DNA of 64,000 nucleotides from Sedimentisphaerales bacterium. GTDB taxonomy: Bacteria; Planctomycetota; Phycisphaerae; Sedimentisphaerales; Anaerobacaceae. Shown piece after piece: positions 44,125 to 58,703 of the stretch. A program made the translations under genes and the position numbers. The stretch's first letter is position 1. Each line of letters begins with the position of its first letter. The DNA is taken from the NCBI GenBank assembly GCA_963708075.1, contig OY970194.1:6272001-6336000 (forward strand). The letters run 5' to 3'. The notes under the pieces are model-generated. The model did not search any database. It saw only the letters and a list, made by a program, of their open reading frames with translations, and was not told the DNA's origin.

Positions 44125-44976
44125 TCAGAGCACAGACGTATCCCTGGATCGCGGGTCGTTGAGGGGGCCGGGGCCGTTGGTGAGGCTGCCGGCGAGGGCC
44201 ATTTCGCGAAAGCCGGCCATGGGGTCGTAGAAGTCGCGGTTGAGATCGACGGTGTTGACCATCATGCCGGGACGGTTGGCCCGGAGCTGGGCGGTGATCA
44301 CGCCATCGGGCTGGATGAAGCAGGATGGGTAGGGGGAGTAGTAGCCGCTGGAGTTGGTCATGCTCACCCACAGGTGGTTCGTCGCGGCGTGACATTGCAT
44401 CGTTTGCCGCATGATGTGGGTGTGCACGCTGGGGCCCTTCTGCCGGGCGTTGTAGAACGACTGAAAGACGCACTGCACGCCTTGCTTGTAAAGCTGGCGG
44501 TACAACTCCGGGAAACGCAGATCGAAGCAGATCAGCAGGGAGCAGACGACGCCGTTGAGGGTGAACGTGACGAATCGGTCGCCGGGCGTGTAATGGTCCA
44601 GGTCGCCGGGCGTGCCGAATCGCTTGTCGTAGCGGTCCGCGATCTTACCCTCGGGGCTGATCAGGTACAGGCTGTTGTGCGGCTTGTTGGGCGGGGTCAG
44701 CGGATGCGTGCTGCCTAGGACGACCCAGAGGCCCAGCCGGCCCGCCAAGTCCATAATCTCAAGCGTCTCCTGCCGGAGCAGATCCCAATCGTAATCGGTA
44801 AAGCCGGCCAGGTCCACGCCCGCATACCCGCTCAACGCGCACTCGGAGAAGTGCACGATGTCCGCATCCGCCTCGCGAGCCTTCTGCATGAACCGGCGGA
44901 TATGGCGGGCATTCTCCGCCACCGACTCGCTGACGGCAAACTGACACGCGGCGATCCTCAATATATTGGCTCTCAT
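44125..44976 (-). CDS. Carbon-nitrogen hydrolase (nitrilase superfamily)
   Basis: E-K-C triad: FSEC, RYDK, ICFDLRFPE. Confidence 0.9.
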   Translation of the reverse strand: MRANILRIAACQFAVSESVAENARHIRRFMQKAREADADIVHFSECALSGYAGVDLAGFTDYDWDLLRQETLEIMDLAGRLGLWVVLGSTHPLTPPNKPHNSLYLISPEGKIADRYDKRFGTPGDLDHYTPGDRFVTFTLNGVVCSLLICFDLRFPELYRQLYKQGVQCVFQSFYNARQKGPSVHTHIMRQTMQCHAATNHLWVSMTNSSGYYSPYPSCFIQPDGVITAQLRANRPGMMVNTVDLNRDFYDPMAGFREMALAGSLTNGPGPLNDPRSRDTSVL

Positions 44977-45006
44977 ATACCTTCACTACTCACGTGTGAT
45001 GGCGAC

Positions 45007-45435
45007 TTACGCAGAGTCGAGCTTTGGCAGCATGTCTACCACTTCCACACATACTGCACGCCATCGCTCATTATCCAATTGCCCCGCAAACGCCTTGTCC
45101 ATCACATCGAGTGCGAACCGTGCGGAGACCGTGGCCGGGCCGCCGCCCATCTCGATGCCGACCTCCACGGCCTCCAGGACCTCCTGCTGCGTGGCCCCCG
45201 CCTTGGCCGCCTGCTCGATGTGCCATTGCATGCACGACTCGCAATCGATCACGACGGAGATACCTACGGCAATAAGTTCTTTCTGTTTCTTCGGCAGGGC
45301 CCCGTCCTCATACGCGGCCTTCTCCATCTCCAGGAAAGCCCTATAGACCCTGGATTTCATGAACAGCAGCTTCTTGTGTGCCTGTTCCCTTTTGCGGCAG
45401 ATTTCATCGAGTCGATCCATAGTGTCCCGTGACAT
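45007..45435 (-). CDS. Carboxymuconolactone decarboxylase/AhpD family protein
   Basis: GALPKKQKELIAVGIS..CESCMQWH..A..AGAT. Confidence 0.9.
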   Translation of the reverse strand: MSRDTMDRLDEICRKREQAHKKLLFMKSRVYRAFLEMEKAAYEDGALPKKQKELIAVGISVVIDCESCMQWHIEQAAKAGATQQEVLEAVEVGIEMGGGPATVSARFALDVMDKAFAGQLDNERWRAVCVEVVDMLPKLDSA

Positions 45436-45444
45436 GTGGATTGC

Positions 45445-46455
45445 CTATTTCAGCCCCATCGTCTCCTCGACGCCGAAGAGGATGTTCATGTTCTGGATCG
45501 CCTGGCCGGAGGCGCCTTTGGTCAGGTTGTCGATCACGGAGAAGACCACGACCGTGTCTTTGACGACCGTTGGGAACAGGTGACAGTAGTTCGTTCCCGT
45601 GACATCCTTGACCGCCGGGGCGCCCTTGCAGACCTGGACGAAGTGCTCGCGTTTGTAGAAATCAGCGTACAGCGACAGGAGCTGCTCGCTCTTCACTTCG
45701 GCCTTGGGCCTGCAGTACACGGTCGCGAGCATGCCGCGGTCGAACGGACCCACGTGCGGCTGAAACAGGATTCGCACGGGCGAGCCCGCCACTTCGCCGG
45801 CGATCTGCTCCATCTCGGGCATGTGCCGATGAACGCCGATCCCGTAGGCGTAGAGGTTCTCGTTCATGTACGGGAAATGGAACTTCGGCGTGGCGTTCTT
45901 GCCGCCGCCGGAGACACCCGTCACGGAATTGACGATCATGGAGCTCGTTTCCACGAGGCTTTCCCGCAGCAGGGGGGCCAGCGCGAGCATCGAGCAAGTC
46001 GGGAAGCAGCCGGGGTTCGCCACCAGCTTGGTCTTCTTGATCTGCTTGCGGAACAGCTCGGGCAGCCCGTACACCGCCTTGGCCAGGTTCGCCGTGTCGG
46101 TGTGAGGCGTCTTGTAGAACTGCTCGTACACCTTCACGTCCTTGAGCCGGTAATCGGCGCTGAAGTCGATCACCTTGACGCCGGCTTTGAGCAACTCTGG
46201 CACGAACTGCATCGAGACCTTGTGCGGCAGGCAGCACAGAGCCACGTCCGCCGAGTCGGCAAGCTTCTTCAGGTCCAGCGGCTCAACGGGCAGCTCGCAG
46301 CGGCCCCGGAACTCCGGAAAGATCTCCTGCATCGGCCCGCATTCCTCCGGCAGGGCGGTCAGGTAGGTCACTTTGGCCTCGCCATGCCGCAGGATGATTC
46401 GAATGGACTCGGCGCCCGTATACCCGCTGGCGCCAATGATGGCAACTCGTATCAT
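45445..46455 (-). CDS. argC: N-acetyl-gamma-glutamyl-phosphate reductase
   Basis: GASGYTG, DFSADYR, YGLPEL, ANPGCFPT, IDNLTKGASGQA. Confidence 0.96.
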   Translation of the reverse strand: MIRVAIIGASGYTGAESIRIILRHGEAKVTYLTALPEECGPMQEIFPEFRGRCELPVEPLDLKKLADSADVALCCLPHKVSMQFVPELLKAGVKVIDFSADYRLKDVKVYEQFYKTPHTDTANLAKAVYGLPELFRKQIKKTKLVANPGCFPTCSMLALAPLLRESLVETSSMIVNSVTGVSGGGKNATPKFHFPYMNENLYAYGIGVHRHMPEMEQIAGEVAGSPVRILFQPHVGPFDRGMLATVYCRPKAEVKSEQLLSLYADFYKREHFVQVCKGAPAVKDVTGTNYCHLFPTVVKDTVVVFSVIDNLTKGASGQAIQNMNILFGVEETMGLK

Positions 46456-46580
46456 AGTCATCCCCTGTAGGGCGAGCGTCCCCGCTCGCCTGAAGTAGCA
46501 CGGGATCTTGCCCGTGGTCCCGAATACATGGGCTGGATGCCCATGCCACGTGTCGTGCGAGGACACACGACCCACCTAAG

Positions 46581-46612
46581 AAAACAGCCGCTAAGGTTAC
46601 CTCGGCGGCTGT
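46581..46612 (-). terminator. Intrinsic terminator after rpsI
   Basis: acagccgc/gcggctgt stem with a T-run on the minus strand. Confidence 0.7.
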
Positions 46613-46640
46613 CATAATCCAGTAAGTTGTTGGACGTTGA

Positions 46641-47132
46641 TTAACGTTTCGAGAACTGGAATCTCCGCCTGGCGCCTGCCTGCCCGGGCTTCTTCCTCTC
46701 GACCATTCTCGGGTCGCGGGTCAGGTGTCCGCTGTCGCGCAGGGTCTGGAGGTAGTTCTCGTCGTAGCTCTTCAGAGCTCTCGCCACTCCCAGCAGGGCA
46801 GCGCCGGCCTGGCCGGTGATTCCGCCGCCTTTGACGTTGACGAATACGTCGAAGGCCTTCTCGGCATTGACGGCCTTGAGCGGCGCCAGGACAGCCGAGC
46901 GGTCCTGCTCTCTCAGGAAGTACTTGTCCAACTCTCGCTTATTGATGACGAGCTTTCCGCTGCCCGGGCGAATCCGCACGCGTGCCACGGAGGTCTTGCG
47001 TCGCCCAGTGCCCCACCAGTAGCCGTACTTCTGCTTGCCCTGGTTGCCCGATCGAATGGTTTGCTTCGGCTCGGGGGCTTCCGTCTTCGGTTTCTGCTCG
47101 ACCGCTGCGTTCTGTTCCTGCATGTCTGCCAT
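46641..47132 (-). CDS. rpsI: 30S ribosomal protein S9
   Basis: GTGRRKTSVARV, GGGITGQAGA, RRRFQFSKR. Confidence 0.97.
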   Translation of the reverse strand: MADMQEQNAAVEQKPKTEAPEPKQTIRSGNQGKQKYGYWWGTGRRKTSVARVRIRPGSGKLVINKRELDKYFLREQDRSAVLAPLKAVNAEKAFDVFVNVKGGGITGQAGAALLGVARALKSYDENYLQTLRDSGHLTRDPRMVERKKPGQAGARRRFQFSKR

Positions 47133-47147
47133 ATTCGTCTATTCCGC

Positions 47148-47576
47148 TTATAACTCGATCTTTTGAGGTTGCTGCGCCTGGTGCGCGTGTGTGGGACCAG
47201 CGTATACCTTGAGCCTTCGGAACATGAACCGGCCCGACCGGGTCTTCGGCAGCATTCGGCGGACCGCCAGCTCGATGACCTCTGCCGGCCTCATCTCCTT
47301 CTGATGCTGGTAGCTCCTGTATTTGTGACCGCCCGGATAGCCGGTGTACCAGTCATATTCCTTCGTCTCTTCCTTGTTGCCGGTCATGCGCACCTTTTCG
47401 GCGTTGATCACGATCACGAAATCGCCGCAGTCCGCCTGGGGCGTGTACGTCACCTTCGTCTTGCCCATCAGGTACGGCGCGATCTTCGCCGCCAGCCGGC
47501 CCAGAACCGCCCCGTCGGCGTCGAACAACACCCACTTGCGCTCCACCTCTTGCATTTTGGCCATGTACGTCTTCAT
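47148..47576 (-). CDS. rplM: 50S ribosomal protein L13
   Basis: LGRLAA, YTP..DCGDFVIVINA, AVRRMLPK, HQAQQP. Confidence 0.97.
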   Translation of the reverse strand: MKTYMAKMQEVERKWVLFDADGAVLGRLAAKIAPYLMGKTKVTYTPQADCGDFVIVINAEKVRMTGNKEETKEYDWYTGYPGGHKYRSYQHQKEMRPAEVIELAVRRMLPKTRSGRFMFRRLKVYAGPTHAHQAQQPQKIEL

Positions 47577-47844
47577 AGGCATACTCTCTTCTCTTTTAGG
47601 CATAGAAACCCTGAATTGTAGCAACCTTCCGCCCGATGTCAACCATTTTATAACGAATTCCGATGATTTTGGTTCACCCGGTTTCGCGACCCCGTACAAC
47701 ATTTCCGACGGGCAGGATGGCTCCAGAGCCAGGTGCCCCAGCGGGGCCAAGGTTGTCCCGGCACCGCAATCGCCATTGACGCAACAGGAGAGGCTTCCTA
47801 TACTTACAGCAGTGGCGTTCAATCCTATTGAAGAGAGCAACACA

Positions 47845-48168
47845 ATGACCGGACACATCAGCCAGGTGGCCAGGAGACTCATAGATGGGCTCAGCCCGGA
47901 CATTGAAGTCGTTCGAGCATATGCCTACGGCTCACGCGTCAGAGGCGATGAGGATCTCGGATCGGACCTTGATCTGCTCGTCGAATTACGGGAAGTAACT
48001 CGAACGGCCAAACGCCAAATCCTGGATCGCGCCTGGGAATTGAGCCTGGAAGAGGGCTATGTGGTCTCTGTCGTGATCGTGAGCCAGGAAGCATTCGAGC
48101 GAGGCCCTCTGTCCGCCTCGGAATTCGCCCGGACCGTCCGCCGAGACGGTGTCGAGATCGCCGCATGA
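47845..48168 (+). CDS. Minimal nucleotidyltransferase (MNT-HEPN pair 3)
   Basis: YGSRVRGDEDLGSDLDLLV. Confidence 0.88.
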   Translation: MTGHISQVARRLIDGLSPDIEVVRAYAYGSRVRGDEDLGSDLDLLVELREVTRTAKRQILDRAWELSLEEGYVVSVVIVSQEAFERGPLSASEFARTVRRDGVEIAA

Positions 48169-48563
48169 GAGAGCAGGACATCCAAGCTTTGATCGAGTAT
48201 CGCCTGAACGAAGCCAATGAGGCTCTGAAGGACGCAGAACTCCTGCTGGATGCCAGCCGTTACAGAAGTGCTGCCAACCGAATGTACTATGCTGCCTTCT
48301 ATTCGGCCGTTGCAGTTCTCCTGACAAAGCACCTGGACTATTCAAAGCACTCCGCCGTAATCGCCTTTTTCGACAAGGAATTCATTCGGACCGGCGTTCT
48401 TCCGAAGGAGTATTCACGGACCTTGCATCAAGCCTTCAACGAAAGACAGCAGGATGACTACATGCCTTTCGTCGAAATGGACCCGGACGAACTCGCGCAA
48501 CTCTTGGAGGACGTTCGGAACATGGTCAACGGCATCTCCACATACGTCAAGGAAGATGCCTGA
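48165..48563 (+). CDS. HEPN domain protein
   Basis: NRMYYAAFY, SKHS, RQQDDY; paralogous to 5254-5673. Confidence 0.88.
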   Translation: MREQDIQALIEYRLNEANEALKDAELLLDASRYRSAANRMYYAAFYSAVAVLLTKHLDYSKHSAVIAFFDKEFIRTGVLPKEYSRTLHQAFNERQQDDYMPFVEMDPDELAQLLEDVRNMVNGISTYVKEDA

Positions 48564-48640
48564 TCGATGGGAGTGGAGCGAAGCCGCCCGCCTTGTAGAC
48601 CGGGTGTGGAATCGTCCTCCCAAATCATCAATCATCAATC

Positions 48641-51741
<3,101 letters not shown>

Positions 51742-51770
51742 TATGCGCCTCCATGCGGAAAATATAAGAC

Positions 51771-51817
51771 CCACTACATATAGTCAGGGAGAACTGGGAT
51801 ATCCCCAGATATAGTTG
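51771..51817. promoter_or_regulatory. Two tandem NrdR boxes
   Basis: ccaCtAcATaTaGtca (51771) and tccCcAgATaTaGttg (51802), 31 bp apart, just upstream of nrdJ. Confidence 0.8.
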
Positions 51818-51976
51818 CTACGTTCATAAAAACTGTATCGGCAGACTAATGACAATCCGGTCACGTGTAAAGGTGAAAAAATCAGAATTCTGCTCGTTTG
51901 CATCACAGCTTTTCTCTTAGTCCTTGCGATGCCTGAATCTATGAAGCAAAAAATTTTTTCGCGCGGTGACACACGA

Positions 51977-52621
51977 CTACAAACCCGTGGCTTCCAGCCA
52001 GCGCAGCGCGATCCACGCATGTGCCCAAAGGTAAGGATGCACCGCATCGCCGGACCACTTTTCCGGCGGGATTTCTGCGATCTGCCGATCGATTTCCTGC
52101 TGCAGAGGCACCAGCACGGCATTGTATTTGGCCGCCAATCCACGCACGATCTCAATATATGACATCAGTGCGTTGAATACCGCGTTGCTTCGGTCCCGGC
52201 AGAACATGAACGGCTCCATCAGCACGAATTGACAATCGTACCGCTTCTTCGTGCGTGAAAGTAACTCGTCATATGTTACTTCGTATTCACTCGGAGTTGA
52301 GGCCGTCCGGGCAAGCGCAGGTTCCATCGTCAACTGCCACACGTCATTGATGCCCACGAGGATACAGACGACGTTCGGCCCATGCGCGATGCAATCCTTC
52401 TCCCATCGATGTTCCAGGTCGCGGATCGTATCTCCACTGACGCCCGTATTGACGATGGACAGGTTCAGTTCCGGGCGTCTGGCCCACAGGAGGTTGCCGA
52501 CGAAGTGCACATAGCCGAGCCCGAGCGGCTTGTAGGCCTGGCGGTGCCGCTCCGCATCGGTGATGCTGTCACCGATGAAGACAATCGTATCGGCTGTCTT
52601 CAAATGCATGCCCGGTTTCAT
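51977..52621 (-). CDS. SGNH/GDSL hydrolase
   Basis: FIGDSITD, NTGVSG, VGINDVW, DAVHP. Confidence 0.9.
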   Translation of the reverse strand: MKPGMHLKTADTIVFIGDSITDAERHRQAYKPLGLGYVHFVGNLLWARRPELNLSIVNTGVSGDTIRDLEHRWEKDCIAHGPNVVCILVGINDVWQLTMEPALARTASTPSEYEVTYDELLSRTKKRYDCQFVLMEPFMFCRDRSNAVFNALMSYIEIVRGLAAKYNAVLVPLQQEIDRQIAEIPPEKWSGDAVHPYLWAHAWIALRWLEATGL

Positions 52622-53092
52622 CCTTTCTCCCGTTGGCGAACTACGCGAGCCGCTATTGTCATCCGTGTGTGCCTCTTTGCCAAGAGCCTTGTCGCACATT
52701 TTTCGGGACTCTATGCGATATGTCGGAACGATGTGAGCAAAACACCACCAGGGATTCAGGGTTTCCCCGATTAAGACTCAGCCGTCTGCCTGTTATTTCT
52801 ATTGGCGAAACGCGGATGTGCAGCGTTGTTGCCTGTGACCGCAGGCCTCGCCGAGGAGATTCGCTCGGTCATCATTGCTGAGGATTGTTACGGCCTGCAG
52901 ACCCGTACTCGCAGCAGCATGGCCGAGCGATAGCGGCAGCAATCACCCGGAGGAGGGTGATGCCTGCCGCGACTTCCCAACTCTTCAAGCTATCCCTATT
53001 CCCGATTCATCCGCCTCTTGCATACCTTTCGTCGAGCGACAGTTCCGGCTCTTCGGGCCCGGTACATGCCTGACCCGATGCCCCCTCGCCTT

Positions 53093-53347
53093 GGGTGGCG
53101 CCGCCAAACTCGTTGGGTTCGTCCCAAGTTGTTGAGTTTTGGGTGGCAGCGTCAAGCGCAGCTTGGCGATGGTCTTGCCCATTCGCCATCGCCAAGGCCT
53201 TCGGCCTTGACGCTGCCACCCGACTGCGCAGCTTGCACAGGCTCGATCTCAAGGATTTGGGACGAAGCCAACTCGTTTGACGGTGCTGCTTCAGCGGAGC
53301 CTGATCCCGCGAAACCCCACGGGCAAACGAGTTTGCCCGTGCCACCC
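53093..53347. repeat. Composite GGGTGGC palindromic element with an extra nested hairpin
   Basis: Same modules as 8922-9091 plus inner gggtggcagcgtcaag...cttgacgctgccaccc. Confidence 0.85.
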
Positions 53348-53575
53348 GGACTGTACCTTCTCACGTTAAGCATGTACCTTGGATCGAGAGAATCACCTGA
53401 CCGCGGGGGAAAGCGAGTGCGTGGCGCTGACGATATACTCCCAGGCAGCCCAACTTCCCCGCGCCGCTATCGGATGTTGCCGGAGGTCAAACTCTTTTGC
53501 GGCCGCCGGCGTACCTTTATAATAGATCAGCGATGGGGAAGGAGAAGGTCTTGGCAGTACTGAAAACAGGGGTCC

Positions 53576-54958
53576 ATGGCAGACAACGGCGATAACGGCA
53601 GGCTCGAAGCGATTCGACAGCGGGTCAAGGAACTCCCGACGGTTCCCGGCGTGTACTTCATGAAGGGCGTCGATGAAGTTGTTCTTTACATCGGCAAAGC
53701 TAAAAATCTGCGCTCTCGCGTATCGAGCTACTTTCAGCCGTCGAGCAATCTGGAGGCCTCGCGCGGGCCGCATATCGTGGAAATGGTCGCCAAGGTCCAG
53801 TCGGTCGACTACCTGGAGACGGAGTCGGAGGTCGATGCCATGCTCAAGGAGGCCCGGCTGATCAAGGACATCCGTCCGCCCTACAACATCGACCTGATGG
53901 ACGACAAGACGTTCCCGTACCTGGAGATCACGATCCGCGAGGACTTCCCGGGCGTCTATATCACCCGCAAGCCGCAACACAGTGGCACTCGCCTGTTTGG
54001 ACCTTTTGCCAGCGCCACCGACCTGCGGGGCGTGCTCGTCGAATTGCAGAAGATCTTTCGGTTTCGCACGTGCAGTCTGGATATCCGGGAGGATGATCCC
54101 AAGCGTCCGTTCTTTCGGCCGTGCCTGCTCTACCATATCCGGCAGTGCACCGCCCCGTGCGGTGCCCGGATTGACAAAGCCGAGTACCGCAAGAGCATCC
54201 GCGATATGATCCGATTCCTCCGCTCGAAGCGATCCATTGTGCTGCGCGAGCTGCAGGTACAGATGGAAGAGGCATCGAAGCACTTCGAATACGAGAAGGC
54301 GGGGATGTTCCGCGACCGTATCCGGCTGATTGAGAGCCTCGATGACCGTGGCACGCCGGATGAGCACGTCCAGCCGGAAGTCTTTGCCGCCGATCCCACT
54401 GAGGCCCTCGTCAAGCTCCGCGACATCCTGCAGACGCCGAACCAAGTCCGCATCATCGAAGGCATCGACATCGCCAACATCAGCGGGGAGGAAGCCGTTG
54501 GCTCGCTGGTCAAATTCATCGACGGCCGGCCCTTCAAGAGCGGCTACCGCCGATTCCGCATCCGAACTGTCCACGGGATCGATGATTACGCCATGATCGC
54601 CGAGGTCGTCCGGCGGCGCTACAAGTACGCCCTTCGGGGCGAGGAACTCTGGCCCGATCTTATCCTCATTGACGGCGGGCTCGGCCACCTGAGAGCTGCC
54701 GAGGCCGCATTCCAGGAGATGATCACCGAGGCCATGGCCAGTGGCGAGGAGGACGTCGAGATGCCTCACACCAAGATCGCCTCCATCGCCAAACGCGAGG
54801 AGGACATTTACCTCCAGGGCAGCTCGCAGCCGTTGAAGCTGCCGGCCCATTCCCCCGTCCGCAAACTCCTGCAGTACGTCCGTGACGAGGCCCACCGCTT
54901 CGCCCAGCACTACCACCACATCCTGCGGGACAAGAAGATGTTCAACGAGACCCGCTGA
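53576..54958 (+). CDS. uvrC: Excinuclease ABC subunit C (short form, no C-terminal HhH seen)
   Basis: PGVY..YIGKAKNLRSRV GIY-YIG, EGIDIANISG, PDLILIDGGLGH, RDEAHRFA. Confidence 0.95.
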   Translation: MADNGDNGRLEAIRQRVKELPTVPGVYFMKGVDEVVLYIGKAKNLRSRVSSYFQPSSNLEASRGPHIVEMVAKVQSVDYLETESEVDAMLKEARLIKDIRPPYNIDLMDDKTFPYLEITIREDFPGVYITRKPQHSGTRLFGPFASATDLRGVLVELQKIFRFRTCSLDIREDDPKRPFFRPCLLYHIRQCTAPCGARIDKAEYRKSIRDMIRFLRSKRSIVLRELQVQMEEASKHFEYEKAGMFRDRIRLIESLDDRGTPDEHVQPEVFAADPTEALVKLRDILQTPNQVRIIEGIDIANISGEEAVGSLVKFIDGRPFKSGYRRFRIRTVHGIDDYAMIAEVVRRRYKYALRGEELWPDLILIDGGLGHLRAAEAAFQEMITEAMASGEEDVEMPHTKIASIAKREEDIYLQGSSQPLKLPAHSPVRKLLQYVRDEAHRFAQHYHHILRDKKMFNETR

Positions 54959-55511
54959 TCGGCAGGCCCTGTGCGTGGCAAAGTGGCAATCGCAGAAGCA
55001 ACCGCGTCAGTAGAAAAGACGGTGACGGGCGGAAAAGGAGACGCGGCCATAAGTGCATGTATACAAAGGGCTTATCACCTGATGGCAGGCCGCCGTGGTC
55101 ACTAATTCCTGCGAGTTCCCTCATATTTCTTGACACGCTGGAGAGCGTTGCATAGAATTATCGTTATGGGACATGCACGTGTCTCGTGATGGAGGACGGG
55201 TACATGCGCACTGGACTTTCGCAGGAGGCATTCTGTCGTGCGCGATGAGAAGTCCCACCGTTGATCTGACAAGCAGGAAGAGGGTACTTGATTTGAATTG
55301 GGCACGTCATCTGCGATTTCTATTGGAAAGGAGGTGAAGAGACGCATCCATTGTGATCTGATGCGTGGGGGGAGCGTCGCGTCGGTGCGGCAGGGCGAGC
55401 GCCCACCGAAGAGCGGAAGGTGCGCGGCATTCAGAATTCCGGTTGGAGGGAATTGTGCCTTGGCGCGTGGTCAAGGGCACGGGACACTATCTTTTGGTGA
55501 GGAGGATCGTC

Positions 55512-58500
55512 ATGTATCGAAAACTGCTTTATGTGTTTGCCTTGGGCTTGGTCTGCACGGTGAGCGTCGCGCAGGCGGCGGACTGGGATCGTGCGGTCTA
55601 CTGGGACGCGCGCTGTCGGACGGGCTGGGCCGACAATGACTCGTCCATCGTCGTGCGGGATGGCTGCGTAGCGGCCGGGTACACGCTTCTGGACGCCGAT
55701 CAGCTCAAGACGTGGATGGACGGCCACATTGCCGATAAGGCATTGAGCGTGGTCGTGCTCGCCCGCGACAATGTCCCCAACACGGTAGTCGAGACACCAG
55801 ACGCGACTTGCACCCTCCGGAAGTATCTGGATGCCGGCGGCAAGATCGTGTTCTATGCGGATATTCCCTTCTGGGACATCGCACATACCGATGGCACGTG
55901 GGACAATCCGCAGACAGCAGCACAAAACGCCATTCTGGGAATCGGCACGGACCTCGTGTGGGACAGCGGCAATACGGTGCAGATCACGGGCGCCGGTGCC
56001 GCGTGGGGGTTGACCGCAACATGGGCCTCCCTCAGGGCAACGCCCGCCTCCAAGGTCAGTGTCGCGCTGGCTACGGATGGTGCCGGTAACGCCGCCGCGT
56101 GGGCAAAGTTCTTCGTCCCCGGCGACTGGTACCGAGGCTTCGTCCGGCTCTACGACCGGCCCGGTCGTCCTCCCGTCGAGGACATCATTCGTGCCGCAGA
56201 GTACCGGGGCCTCGAGGCCTATGGTCCCGTGCCGGCGGATGGAACCGTGGATGTGGTAACCCCCATATTCCGGTGGACGGCCAGTGGCGCCGCCAAGACG
56301 CAAAATGTGTATTTCGGCACGAACCCGGAGCCGGGCCAGGCGGAGTTCAAGATGCCTGTGCCGCCGGTAGCGTCGATATACGTGCAGCCGGTGCTTGAAC
56401 CGGGCGCCAAGTACTACTGGCGCGTGGACGCGGTCGCAGCCGATGGCACCGTGTACCCGGGCAAGGTGTGGAGCTTCACAGTGATGCCGGTGAAGGCGAC
56501 AGTGCCGAATCCGGTCGATGACGCCACCTTCATTGTGGAGAAGCCGACCCTGAGTTGGAAGGCCGGCCAGAACTCGCCCACGCACGATGTGTACTTCGGG
56601 ACGGACCCGAATCTCGTGACTGCCGGTGATGCCGGTGTCTTCAAGGGCAACCAGGCGGAGAACTCTTTTGCCGTTGCCGACGCTCTGGAGCGCAATACAG
56701 TCTACTACTGGCGTGTCGATGAGATCGACGCCATGGGCAACAAGTTCGTCGGCGATGTGTGGAGCTTCACGACCACCCTCCCGGGCCTTGGCACTGCCAA
56801 GCGTCAGGTGTGGGAGAACGTCGGCGGCACGGCAGTGGCCAATCTGCTCAGCGACCCGAACTACCCGTTCTCTCCGAGTTGGGCCGATGAGGTGACGGAG
56901 CTCAGGACGCCGCCCGATTTCGCCGACAACTACGGCGGACGCCTGTCGGCGTGGCTGCATGTCCCGGTCGCCGGCGACTACACCTTCTGGGTCGCCAGCG
57001 ATGATGACTCTCAGTTGTTCTTCGGTTCTCACCCCGGCAAGGCGAAGATGATTGCCGCCGTGTGGGGCTGGACCGCGGATCGGGCCTTCGATTGGCAGGC
57101 CACCCAGAAGTCCGCGACGATGAAGCTGGATGCCGGCGTGTACTTCATTGAGGCCCTCTGGAAAGAAGGCGGCGGCGGCGACAACTGCTCGGTGGCCTGG
57201 CAAGGTCCGGGTCTGCGCAGCAGGTCATCGGTGGCGGCTATCTTGAACCGTCCAGCGACCTGTGGGCTGTGAGTCCGAGTCCTGCCGACGGCGCCACGGG
57301 CGTCTATTTCGCGCCCGAGCTCAAGTGGGGCGCTGCCATGAGCGGCAAAGCGCTGGCTCACGACGTGTACTTCGGCGAGAGCGCATCGGCTGTGACCGGT
57401 GCTACGACCACGTCGAAGGAGTACAAGGGCCGGAAGACCGAGACGTCGTTCAAGCCGGGCGACCTCACGCTTGGCAAGACCTACTACTGGCGTGTGGACG
57501 AGGTCGGCGACCCCAATGAAGGCGTCCTGGGAGATGGCGCGGTCTGGAGCTTCAAGGTTTCGGATTACAGCCTCATCGACGATTTCGAGAGCTATGAATT
57601 CGCGAACGTGGCGCCGAAGGCGCCGATTGGCCTGTGGAAGCTCAACGGCGATCTCGTCGACAGCTCCGGCAAGGGCCATGATGGCAAGATGATTGGCACC
57701 GGCGGTTTCGAGGATGACCCCATTATGGGTAAGGTCCTGAGCCTGCCCGGCGGGGACAACCAGTATGTGGAAATCGGCGCAGTCGGTTCTCAGTGGCAAG
57801 ATGCCGACAACGATTGCCTGCTGGGCCAAGGCCGACCACACGAACATTCCGGACTGGACCCTGATCTTCGGGTTCACCGGGACCGAGGCCGGCGGCGGTG
57901 ACTGCGGCAGCCACTTCAATATCGACGTCATTGGCGGGCCCGGCGGCGTCGGCGCCCATGCCTGGTGCTGGGAAGAGACGATCTTCACGGATCAAGAGTC
58001 TCTCGAGTGGCACCACTATGCCATGACCTATGATGGAACCACCATCAAGTACTATGGCGACGGCCTTGCCAAGGACACCGATACCGGCAAGTCCAATGTA
58101 ATGGATCTGTCGATCCGCGGCGACCGCGTCTTCATTGGCAAGCGTGTAACGGCCGCCAACTCCTTCGCAGGCAACGTTGCGGATGCTCGCATCTACAACT
58201 ACGCACTCAGCCCGCTTGAGATCAAGAGCGTCGCTGGGTACGTTCCCACGAGTTTGCTGCCGGATGCCTGGAAGGGCGATGCCGTTGTGTCGGCGTCTCT
58301 CGCATCCAGCGCCGCCCACGCTGGCGGTCAGTCCCTGCAGCTTAAGTACAACACGCGTGTTGTACCCTGTGCCGGTGCGGCCAGCGTCACTCCGCCGTAC
58401 AAGGATCTGACCCGAGGCGGCGCCAACGCGATCTCGGTGTGGGTCAAGGGCGCTCCCAAGAACTACACCGACTGGCTGTTTGTCGCGGTGGCGGACACCG

Positions 58501-58703
58501 GTGGCGCCATGTTCCTGGCTACCTACAAGGACATGAGCGGTCTGTCGAACGGTGAGTGGGCGAACTGGGTAGTTCCTCTGCAGCTCTTCAGTGCCAACGG
58601 CGTGAAGACGACGTCTGCCGCGAAGGTCGGCGTCGGTGCTTTGGCTGGGCGGCCGGGACCCGGGACGTTCTACGTCGACGACGTCCGGTTGATCAAGAAG
58701 TAG
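55512..58703 (+). CDS. Large secreted multidomain protein (Fn3-like repeats, PA14, LamG-like); frameshifts near 57220 and 57790
   Basis: GGAGG RBS and signal peptide; three VYFG...YYWRVD...WSF units; ASDDDS and KEGGGGD PA14 motifs; WHHYAMTYDG...ADARIYNYALS LamG motifs. Confidence 0.85.
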
